Positions 15,540-23,663 of a DNA stretch of 33,709 nucleotides are shown here, piece by piece. Both the position numbers and the translations under genes were made by a program. Position 1 is the stretch's first letter; each line of letters opens with the position of its first letter. Origin of the DNA: a virus; IMG/VR virus record IMGVR_UViG_3300029523_000016; one strand, written 5' to 3'. Under the pieces are notes generated by a model that had not been told where the DNA came from, did not search any database, and worked only from the letters and a program-made list of their open reading frames with translations.

Positions 15540-17483
15540 TTATACTATTTCCACCATTTGAGTGATATTATAAAATCTATCTGCTCTAAATATTGAAATT
15601 ATAGTTTGATAAACTGTTATTTCATCATTACTTATTATTTGAATATTTGTTATATCCTTTGATGCATATATATCAAAATCATATATATAACTTGTATCAC
15701 TAATCTTATAAATTTGATTAGCATTTAATTGAATTATATAATTAGTATTATCAGTAAAATTAATTTTTACTTTTAATGCTTTCATATTATTATAATCGGT
15801 TGTTTCTGATATACTATTATTTAGTCTGCTTGCCCCTACTGGGTTAAGTATAGAATTAGTTTCATCATTATCATTTCTTATTTGCAAAGTATTTATAAAA
15901 TTTATATTTAGTGTTTCATAGATATTCTTAGTTATAGTCTGATTATTACTTATTAATATAGAATTAGTTTTACCTAGCAAGTTTTCTTTTGCTACGATAT
16001 CATCATTTAAATAAGTATTTGGTACTTCAATTGTACTTTGTGTAGTTCTTCCACTTATTGTTTTATTATATAAATTTCTTGCGAATATTGGTATATTTGA
16101 ACTATTATATAATATTCCAGAATTAGGAACCATACTATTTAAATCTTGATATGGAAGTCCATTATAATTATTTTCATTATATATCTCTAGTGTTGAATAC
16201 AATAAATTTATTAATTGAAATTGATAATTATATAAATTAAATTGCTTTGTAACATTATAGAATATTATTGGATTAGAAACAGATTGACTAATATTTTCTT
16301 TTTCAACTAAATAAACTTGATTATTTGCAATTCTTCCTATATATAATGTATAAACAGAAATATTTGTATAGCATAACATAAATATATTTACATCATTGCC
16401 TTTTATACTCATTCCTAACCCACCATAATCTTGCTCTTCTAGATAATTGTCTAATACAAATTGATTTTTATATATATTGGCAACAGCACCATCTTTTATA
16501 TTAAAAATTTCATATAGAGCATATCTATTTGTACTTCCTTTATCAAAAGTATATTGATATATAATAGAATAAAAATTATTTTTTTGCTTTATTTTAGATA
16601 TATTTCTAATAACATTATATGCTATTAATTTTTCACTGTACTTTAAAACATTTATTGAAGTAAGTGAAATATTATCTCCATTTTTATTATATACACTTAG
16701 CATATCATCACTTGAAATACCTATCATTTGAAAATCTAGATTATTTTCATTATCCCAAGTCTGCCACATATCATTTATTGCATAAGATACACTAGTACCA
16801 AAACTACTATCGCTTTCAAATAATTTCCATTCATTTTCTGCTCCAACATTAATAGTAAGTTCTACAGCGATAGGAAATTTTCCTGTTGCTGTTGTATTAG
16901 TTCCACCAAATAAATAATTGCCTCCTCCAATTCTTCTTCGTATAAAATCATAAGCATAACTTCTTAAATTGCTAGGAAATTCATAAGATTTTTTAATTAT
17001 TAATTTATATTCTGCATCACTAGGTAATTTAACAGTAGGGTTATTTAACAAAAGAAATCTTAAAGTTCCTAATCCCTCTCCATATCTTTCTATTGCCATT
17101 AAATTACCAGTCTCATCAGCTTCTAATTTTAGCATTCTATCAATTTTTACACCACTTGAATATTTTGTAATTACTTGTATTATATTAAATCCAACATCTA
17201 CAATAACAATATATCCATTTAATTCTCTATTTATATCATCAACAACACCATATATTAATGTTTTATCAAGCCCATCATCACTTGCATTTTTACTTTGAAA
17301 TGAGCCATATATATATAATCTATATACTTCGTGTCCTTGCTTTTTTAATTCTGCTTTTAAATTATCAGTGAAATTATTAGTTGTTTCTTTTATTTGCTCT
17401 ATAGTAGGTTTATCTTCTTTATTCTGTATTTCATATTTGCCACATAAATATGTTATAATTTTACTTTTAAAATCATCTGTCAT
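15540..17483 (-). CDS. Tail tip / baseplate protein (Tal position)
   Basis: 647 aa, N/I/Y-rich. Second gene after the tape measure. The call is based on position only. Confidence 0.4.
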   Translation of the reverse strand: MTDDFKSKIITYLCGKYEIQNKEDKPTIEQIKETTNNFTDNLKAELKKQGHEVYRLYIYGSFQSKNASDDGLDKTLIYGVVDDINRELNGYIVIVDVGFNIIQVITKYSSGVKIDRMLKLEADETGNLMAIERYGEGLGTLRFLLLNNPTVKLPSDAEYKLIIKKSYEFPSNLRSYAYDFIRRRIGGGNYLFGGTNTTATGKFPIAVELTINVGAENEWKLFESDSSFGTSVSYAINDMWQTWDNENNLDFQMIGISSDDMLSVYNKNGDNISLTSINVLKYSEKLIAYNVIRNISKIKQKNNFYSIIYQYTFDKGSTNRYALYEIFNIKDGAVANIYKNQFVLDNYLEEQDYGGLGMSIKGNDVNIFMLCYTNISVYTLYIGRIANNQVYLVEKENISQSVSNPIIFYNVTKQFNLYNYQFQLINLLYSTLEIYNENNYNGLPYQDLNSMVPNSGILYNSSNIPIFARNLYNKTISGRTTQSTIEVPNTYLNDDIVAKENLLGKTNSILISNNQTITKNIYETLNINFINTLQIRNDNDETNSILNPVGASRLNNSISETTDYNNMKALKVKINFTDNTNYIIQLNANQIYKISDTSYIYDFDIYASKDITNIQIISNDEITVYQTIISIFRADRFYNITQMVEIV

Positions 17484-17492
17484 AATTACCTC

Positions 17493-18983
17493 CTAATTTA
17501 TAAATGGAGCATTTAATGTACAATTTAAGATATTATCTCCAATAACTGTAATTTCACTAATAGTTAAATTATTATATATGATATTTGCTGAATTTTCTAT
17601 ATCAACATTTCTTGTTATGCTCTCTCCCTCTTGAATATTTCCACTTGCTTTATTTCTTTGATTATCAAACCAATTTATTGCTCTTTCACTATTAAACGAA
17701 CTTGATAATTCATAAGTATAAAATATCTTTTCTTGGTCTGTTGTATTTATTACTTTTATTTCTTTTCTTTTTACCATATAATCTTGTGTTAAATCATCAA
17801 TAGGTGCATCAAAGTGTACTATTTGTCCAATATTATAAATATCTTTATCATCAGTTACTACTTTTAAATTGACTTCTGCACTACCTTTATATTTAATATA
17901 AGATTGTCCTACTTTATCAAGTTCATCGCTTGAAAGAACATCATTTCTATTCTCATATCTTGCTATAACTCCTTTTCTTCCTGTTTGATTTGCTACTCTT
18001 TCTACTTCATCACTATTATACACTATTTGTCTACCTTTTACAAGAGGTTGATACTTTATTTGTATCTGAGTTCCAGCAGGATAATTTTCTTCGCTTTCTA
18101 TTTGATTTTTGCCTGGTGTATAATAGAAATCTGCTTCTATTCCTATTTCTTTGTTTGATTTAGCGGTAAAAGTTTTAGATACGCCATTAACATTTATGCT
18201 TCTTACATTACCTATATTAGAAGATGTTAAGAAATTAACATCATATCCATTTGCTATTAATATTTCGGTGTAATCTATGCTTGCATAAACTTCATCAGAT
18301 TGCATTATTTGTTTATTTCTATAATCTCTACTTCCATAATTAAAAGAAATATCATTTATATTATTCTCTTCAAACCAAGTAATATTATATTCAATATTTT
18401 TTCCTCTTGTCATTAATATAGGGTCATAAAAGTCAATAGCAACTTTATCTTCATCAACAAGTCTTGTAAACCATTTAGAGCCTGTTATATCTGCTAGATA
18501 TTGAAATACATCATAAGCAGTTTTATTTTGTGTTGAATAAGCACCAATTATATCATCAGCACCGAATATATTAATATTACCTAATATGAAACCATAATCT
18601 TTAATAGCATCTATTATCATTTCTATTGCTTCGGTTATTGTCTTATTATTTATAACAAAGTCTAAAGTCTCGCCCTCACTAAGTAAAGTCTTAAAGTCTA
18701 ATATTTGTAAACTACAAAAGTGAGGATATCTAGGGTTAAGACTTATGTTACCAGAATTCTTTACTACTCCGCAAAAAACAAGTACATCATCTTTATATAT
18801 CTTACATTTAGAATAATCTTTAGGATAATAAAATCTAGAAATATAATTTTTATCATTTTCCCAACTTTTTGGATAGCAATTATTAAGAATGGTTGAGGAA
18901 GTAGTAAGTATTTCCTCTGTTATAGTAAATTCTTTATTACATACTACTTCTTCATTGTTTATTAACATTTTTAATCTACTCAT
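17493..18983 (-). CDS. Distal tail protein-like (Dit position)
   Basis: 496 aa, immediately downstream of the tape measure. The call is based on position only. Confidence 0.45.
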   Translation of the reverse strand: MSRLKMLINNEEVVCNKEFTITEEILTTSSTILNNCYPKSWENDKNYISRFYYPKDYSKCKIYKDDVLVFCGVVKNSGNISLNPRYPHFCSLQILDFKTLLSEGETLDFVINNKTITEAIEMIIDAIKDYGFILGNINIFGADDIIGAYSTQNKTAYDVFQYLADITGSKWFTRLVDEDKVAIDFYDPILMTRGKNIEYNITWFEENNINDISFNYGSRDYRNKQIMQSDEVYASIDYTEILIANGYDVNFLTSSNIGNVRSINVNGVSKTFTAKSNKEIGIEADFYYTPGKNQIESEENYPAGTQIQIKYQPLVKGRQIVYNSDEVERVANQTGRKGVIARYENRNDVLSSDELDKVGQSYIKYKGSAEVNLKVVTDDKDIYNIGQIVHFDAPIDDLTQDYMVKRKEIKVINTTDQEKIFYTYELSSSFNSERAINWFDNQRNKASGNIQEGESITRNVDIENSANIIYNNLTISEITVIGDNILNCTLNAPFIN

Positions 18984-18985
18984 AT

Positions 18986-21588
18986 TTATGCTCCTCCCAT
19001 TCCATAATTATAATCGTTTTTAGAGCCACCACTAAATGTCTTAATATTATTAACCATTTGTCCTAATGGGTCTTGCTCCATATTGTTATTTACTACTACA
19101 TTAATCTGTGGACTTAAATTAGTACTTGAACTTCCATATAGGCTAGGCGATAAACTAAACATATCATCAAACATTCCATCTACTGTTGAATTAACTTGTC
19201 CTTTCATATCTTCCATACCTTCTTCTAAACCTACCATATTCATTTTACCTATCCATGCAAATTCTGTTGATGGACTATGTATTCCAAATATACTTTTAAT
19301 TCCATTTAATATAGATTTTCCAAAGCCTTTAATCTTGTCTAATATCCATTTGCTAACATTTTTTATACCATTCCATATTCCCATAACCATATTTTTACCT
19401 ATATTAACTAATTTTTTAGGCAATTCCATAAAATAACCTACTAAAGAAGTTATTATTTTAGGAATATAACTTAAAAGTTTAGGGACTGCTTGTATTAATC
19501 CTTGCAATAAACCTATAAGTAATTGAAATCCTGCCTCTATAAATAAAGGCAAATTATCTATTAATATAGGTATAGTGCTAAGAATAGCATCTATGATAAC
19601 TGGTATCAATGTTGGTAATTGTTGTGCTAATGCTTGAATTATCATAATTAATCCTTGAATTAAAGCCTCTAGTATAATAGGCAACATATTTGCCAATTCT
19701 TGAATAATAGTAGGTAACATATCCATTAATATTTGAATAATACTAGGCAATGCTTGTGCTAGCCCTATTAACAATGTTGAAGTTCCTTGTATTAATGCTG
19801 GTAAAATTGCTTGAAGTAAAGGGGCTATCATAGGCACTAAATTATTCAATAAAGTAGTTAAGCCAGTTATTATTTGAGGTGCCATTTTGATTATAGCATT
19901 TGATATATTTGTTCCAGCAGTAGTAAAGGTACTTATCACTTCTTCTATACCACCTGCACCACTTAAAAAATTACTAAATGCCGATTTTGCACTATTTATT
20001 GAGCCACTTATAGTGGTAGAGGCTTCTTTTGCTGTCGTTCCTGTTACATCTAATTCTTCTTGAATTACATGAATAGCATTAAATACATCATTTAAATTAG
20101 AAATATCGTATTTAACTCCTGATATCTTTTCGGCATCAGCAAGTAATCTTTCCATTTCTGTTTTTGTGCCACCATACACTTGTTAACATAAAAGTTTTTT
20201 ATCTTTTATTTCTATATATTTATCATCTATATAGTTCAGCATATCTTTTAACTTATATAAAGTTCCGAAGCCTCGTGGAGGTATTATATCTTTTCAACCT
20301 CTATGCGTTGCCCCTGACTATACTTTGTATAGCCTTCGGTTCTGATTACCCTTTTTTTGATGGGCTTCCAGTTTAATTCTTCGGTTTATACTCGGCTATG
20401 GTCTTTCAACCGAGTTTTAAATTATCTAACCATTTATACCCCTAGTTTCCTAGTACTTTAACACTTATTTAAAAGTGGGATTAGACTATATCTTTATCTC
20501 ATTTGAGATAGTATGCACTTCCAATATCGTATCAATAGATATTGTACTGAGTAACGAACTCATAGTCGTTTGACCTTCCTATTTCTAGGCTTGGCACTGG
20601 ATAACCATATCTTTTAGACTTAGGCTTCCCCAGTTAGCAAGATTATCTCAACAAGTCATTTCCTACTTGTATTTTAATCTCACACCCTTGATAAGGTTCA
20701 CATACACTTACTTAATTATCACTAATTAAGCAGACATTAATTTTATCGTATAATTCTGCTTAGCAAATCCTTGATAAGCATTTTGAATATTCTCAATAGC
20801 AGTACCAAACTTATTTGAATTCCTTTAATACCCTCGGTTTCCCGATATTTATTAGGGGAGTAGACTATCTCATATTAACTCAAATACGTATCCATGATGT
20901 GTTCCTCCATGATTGCAACATCTAGAAATCTCTGATGGTAAAAATCCATCTTTTTTTGCTTCTATCATTGCATCATAAATTTGTATTTGTGTCAATCGCA
21001 CCACTTCGAATTATGTATCAATAATAATTCTACTTCCTTTCGGAATAGTCGTTACAGTTTCCTATTTTCATAGGCTTACCACGGTATTGTCCTCGGCTTT
21101 ACGTTAGGAGTTTCACCGTTAGCATAGTTTACACTACACACCCTTGATAAGGTTCAATGCGTTTAACTCGGACTATTTTGTTAATCCGCCATGTCTTGAA
21201 TAGCCATATCGCCAACTTTGGCTGCCTCTTCTGTATCTCCGCCTAGACTTTGTAATAAACTAGCACTAAATGAAGTTATTTGCTCCATATATTTATTGGC
21301 ATCAATTCCCGCTGTTGTATAGGCTTTTTTTGAGTTCTCTATAACTGTATCAGCACTATCTTTGAAAAGTGTCTCTACACCTCCGATATTCTGCTCTAAA
21401 TCAGCAACACCTTGTAAGGCATCTTTACCAAGTCCTAATAAAGAACTACCTACCTTTTCAATAGCACTAGACATTAAATTACCAATAGCAATAGTGCTTG
21501 CTTTCAATTTACCGGCGACACCATTAGTCTTTTTTTCTAGGTCTTTATCATCTCCTTTAAACTTGAAGATGACTTCTCCTCCATTCAT
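18986..21588 (-). CDS. Tail tape measure protein, four exons: 21588..21184, 20821..20753, 20438..20409, 20176..18986 (564 aa after splicing)
   Basis: Exon 1 ends ...AKVGDMAIQDMAD. Exon 2 is NSNKFGTAIENIQNAYQGFAKQN. Exon 3 is YKWLDNLKLG. Exon 4 is YGGTKTEMERLLADAEKISGVKYDISNLNDVFNAIHVIQEELDVTGTTAKEAS... followed by a long hydrophobic helical repeat region. All joins are in frame. The exon 2 / intron 2 boundary is uncertain by a few nt. Confidence 0.8.
20177..20408 (-). mobile_element. Group-I-like intron 3 (232 nt, ORF-less, minimal)
   Basis: P1: exon ACTCGGT pairs with intron GCCGAGT (nt 13-19) with a terminal U.G pair. The intron ends in G. Plausible P4/P5 with AA joiners, P8 AACTT-tatat-AAGTT, a J8/7-like AAAAGATA, and P9 CTATATA...TATATAG. 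The core was assigned by eye only. Confidence 0.55.
20439..20752 (-). mobile_element. Group I intron 2 (~314 nt, ORF-less)
   Basis: 8-bp P1 (exon TAAGCAGA with intron TCTGCTTA). GCCAAGCCTAGAAATAGGAAGGTCAAACGACTAT (P6 GAAA hairpin, J6/7, P7 5' strand) and AAAGATATAGTC (J8/7, P7 3' strand). Ends ...CTAGGGG. Confidence 0.7.
20822..21183 (-). mobile_element. Group I intron 1 (362 nt) carrying a decayed homing-endonuclease remnant
   Basis: P1: exon CGGAT pairs with intron GTCCG, with a U.G pair. AAGCCTATGAAAATAGGAAACTGTAACGACTAT and GAGATAGTC form P6/P7. Ends ...TATTAAAGG. Shares a 20-mer and other blocks with intron 2. Confidence 0.75.
20870..21004 (-). pseudogene. Remnant of a homing endonuclease C-terminal DNA-binding domain inside intron 1
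   Basis: 44-codon frame VVRLTQIQIYDAMIEAKKDGFLPSEISRCCNHGGTHHGYVFELI. It aligns with the tail of the 8839..9468 HNH (IKEYNSIKEAGLDVNGISTNIVKCLKGKTKSAYGYQWKY). No catalytic domain and no ATG. Confidence 0.5.
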
Positions 21589-21607
21589 TTATTCCACCTC
21601 CTTATTA

Positions 21608-21640
21608 TAAAATAAAGGGCTGGGCTTTTAACCCAACCCT
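21608..21640 (-). terminator. Intrinsic terminator between the major tail protein and tape measure genes
   Basis: Minus strand reads AGGGTTGGG-ttaaaag-CCCAGCCCT then TTATTTTA. The one non-Watson-Crick position is G.U in the minus-strand RNA but C/A on the other strand. Begins 7 nt after the MTP stop. Confidence 0.7.
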
Positions 21641-21647
21641 TATAGGT

Positions 21648-22121
21648 TTATCCTGCTACAACTTCTCCTTTACCAGTTACAACAATAGTTAATGCAAACT
21701 CGCCACTATCTTCAGCAGCACCGCCTAAATCACTAAAGTTCAAAGTACAAGGTACTTTATACTTAGTATAAGTCAATGCTCCTTCTTGAACTCCTGTTAA
21801 TAATTCGAATTGTACTAATTGATTATTAAATTGAGCAACAGTACCATCTTTAATTAATGTATGAATATCGCCTAATATTTTAACTACAGAAGCATTATTC
21901 ATGTCAATTTTAACAGTGGTATCAATAGATATGGCAGCACCAGTGATTATACTTCTTTGAATGGCATCGCACCAAACATACCAGTCTTGTTGCTCGAAAT
22001 CAGTTGTCAAACCAACCTCGGTAGTTGTACACATAGGAGTAAATGCAGGTACTGCACTAGTACCGGTATTTAAACCTAAGTTTTTAATGACTTCTCTATT
22101 ATTTACATAAAATTCATTCAT
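21648..22121 (-). CDS. Major tail protein
   Basis: 157 aa. Lies immediately upstream of the tape measure. Beta-rich with ...NFSDLGGAAEDSGEFALTIVVTGKG, typical of siphovirus tail tube proteins (recalled). No sheath gene is present. Confidence 0.7.
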   Translation of the reverse strand: MNEFYVNNREVIKNLGLNTGTSAVPAFTPMCTTTEVGLTTDFEQQDWYVWCDAIQRSIITGAAISIDTTVKIDMNNASVVKILGDIHTLIKDGTVAQFNNQLVQFELLTGVQEGALTYTKYKVPCTLNFSDLGGAAEDSGEFALTIVVTGKGEVVAG

Positions 22122-22136
22122 ATTTACACTTCCTTT

Positions 22137-22586
22137 CTATAAATCTTTTTCATAAATCTTACTTATAATACATTGTAAGGTTGAATTATACCCAACTCTT
22201 CTAATATCCATATACTCTATTGCTTGTGGATTAACATATTGAGTAAATATAATTTGCCACCTTTCCAATTTATTAGTTTCTTTATTTTCAACTTCTATTC
22301 TTTCCGATTTTCCTATTAGATTACCTATTAATAAAGATAATTCTTTACACTCTCTAATTGTAAGTCCATATATATCAACCATATAATAATTATACATAGG
22401 CAATATATTACCATAGAATACTTGTTTTTGTCCGCTTTGTTCTTGTACGACTATTACCCTACTATCATTATCATTTGTTGAATATTCGGCTTTTATTTTC
22501 CATTTGTCAGTGGTATAGCCACTAACTATGTTTTGAAGATATTTAATTAAGATTAATTGTTTCTTTTCTAATAATTCTCTTGTCAT
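22137..22586 (-). CDS. Tail completion / head-tail joining protein (by position)
   Basis: 149 aa, between the connector genes and the major tail protein. Confidence 0.4.
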   Translation of the reverse strand: MTRELLEKKQLILIKYLQNIVSGYTTDKWKIKAEYSTNDNDSRVIVVQEQSGQKQVFYGNILPMYNYYMVDIYGLTIRECKELSLLIGNLIGKSERIEVENKETNKLERWQIIFTQYVNPQAIEYMDIRRVGYNSTLQCIISKIYEKDL

Positions 22587-22942
22587 TTCAATTCATTCTC
22601 CTTTATAGCAATTCCAACGATACTCTTTTTTTGCTTAGTATATATTTCTTGATACCATTTACCAAAAGTACCAGGCTCAGTCCAATTAGTATTATTAGGC
22701 ATAACCCATACATATTTAGCATAGTTAGTATAAGAGCCTATATAATAATTTCCATCGCTTCCCCTAACTCCTGCTGCCATTGAAGTCTGTCTCATATGGA
22801 CTACTCCTTTTCTTCTTGACATAGGAATATGAGGAAATGTTCTATCAAGTGTTTGTCTTGCTATTGCATACATTATCTTATCAGAAGCCTCTAATACTTC
22901 CTTTTTCTTTCCTGGATACCAATTTACTTTAATATCAGCCAT
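22583..22942 (-). CDS. Head-tail joining protein (HK97 gp10-like position)
   Basis: 119 aa. The call is based on position. Confidence 0.4.
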   Translation of the reverse strand: MADIKVNWYPGKKKEVLEASDKIMYAIARQTLDRTFPHIPMSRRKGVVHMRQTSMAAGVRGSDGNYYIGSYTNYAKYVWVMPNNTNWTEPGTFGKWYQEIYTKQKKSIVGIAIKENELK

Positions 22943-23262
22943 TATTTAACCACTATAATTTTATTCTCTACTCTATTAAATATCCAACTATCTTGAACTT
23001 TTAACACTGTATGGACTTTATTATCAGCATATTTGCCTAAATAAATAATTTGGTCTCCTACTTTTACATCAACAAGTCTTCCAACTTGATAATAGCCAGT
23101 AGCCTCAGGCACTGTATAAACACCAAACCTTATAGCACTTTCACAATCATAAGGACAACATTTAATTGTAATTTCTTTATAATTAGTATCATCAAATATT
23201 TCATCATTTTCATCACGATTAAATTGCCTTAATGTTGCTTTCATACCATTTACTAGAAACAT
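22942..23262 (-). CDS. Head closure / head-tail adaptor protein
   Basis: I prefer the ATG at 23262 (MFLVNGMKATL, GGAGGAG RBS) over the track start at 23343. 106 aa. The call is based on position. Confidence 0.45.
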   Translation of the reverse strand: MFLVNGMKATLRQFNRDENDEIFDDTNYKEITIKCCPYDCESAIRFGVYTVPEATGYYQVGRLVDVKVGDQIIYLGKYADNKVHTVLKVQDSWIFNRVENKIIVVK

Positions 23263-23263
23263 T

Positions 23264-23644
23264 TTATTCTCCTCCAAAAGGTATAGTAAGAGCCATATTA
23301 CTAGACATTGGTGTACCTCTATATAGATATCCATTATTAGCAAGTATTCTTAGTGCTAGAGTAGAATAATCAGTCTTTAAAGGAGAACTCATTGTTCCTG
23401 CCTTTATATCTTTATCAAAATCAACAAATGGAATATCGTGTTCTAATACGAACCTCATTTGTTCCATAGAAGCATTTTTAATAGGCAAAGGGACACTAAT
23501 TGCATCCCAACTAGCATCCCTATATCTTAAGCCTATTTGTGAGAAAATCATCTCACTTACTGCTTCTATCTGCCAAGTTGAAATATCAGCATTTGCATAG
23601 TCTGGGTATTTATCCTCGAACTCTGCTATTGTGAAAAATTGCAT
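23264..23644 (-). CDS. Head-tail connector (gp6-like) protein
   Basis: 126 aa, first gene after the capsid gene. Confidence 0.5.
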   Translation of the reverse strand: MQFFTIAEFEDKYPDYANADISTWQIEAVSEMIFSQIGLRYRDASWDAISVPLPIKNASMEQMRFVLEHDIPFVDFDKDIKAGTMSSPLKTDYSTLALRILANNGYLYRGTPMSSNMALTIPFGGE

Positions 23645-23663
23645 TTTCTCACTTCCTTTCTAA

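Noticed and set aside
20177-21183. Alternative explanations for the gap in the tape measure gene: group II intron, IS element or MITE, or two separate polypeptides
   Set aside because: There is no reverse transcriptase or transposase ORF, no GUGYG...AY group II ends, no terminal inverted repeats and no target duplications. The conserved tape measure motif is recovered exactly from two micro-exons, which a simple disruption would not explain.
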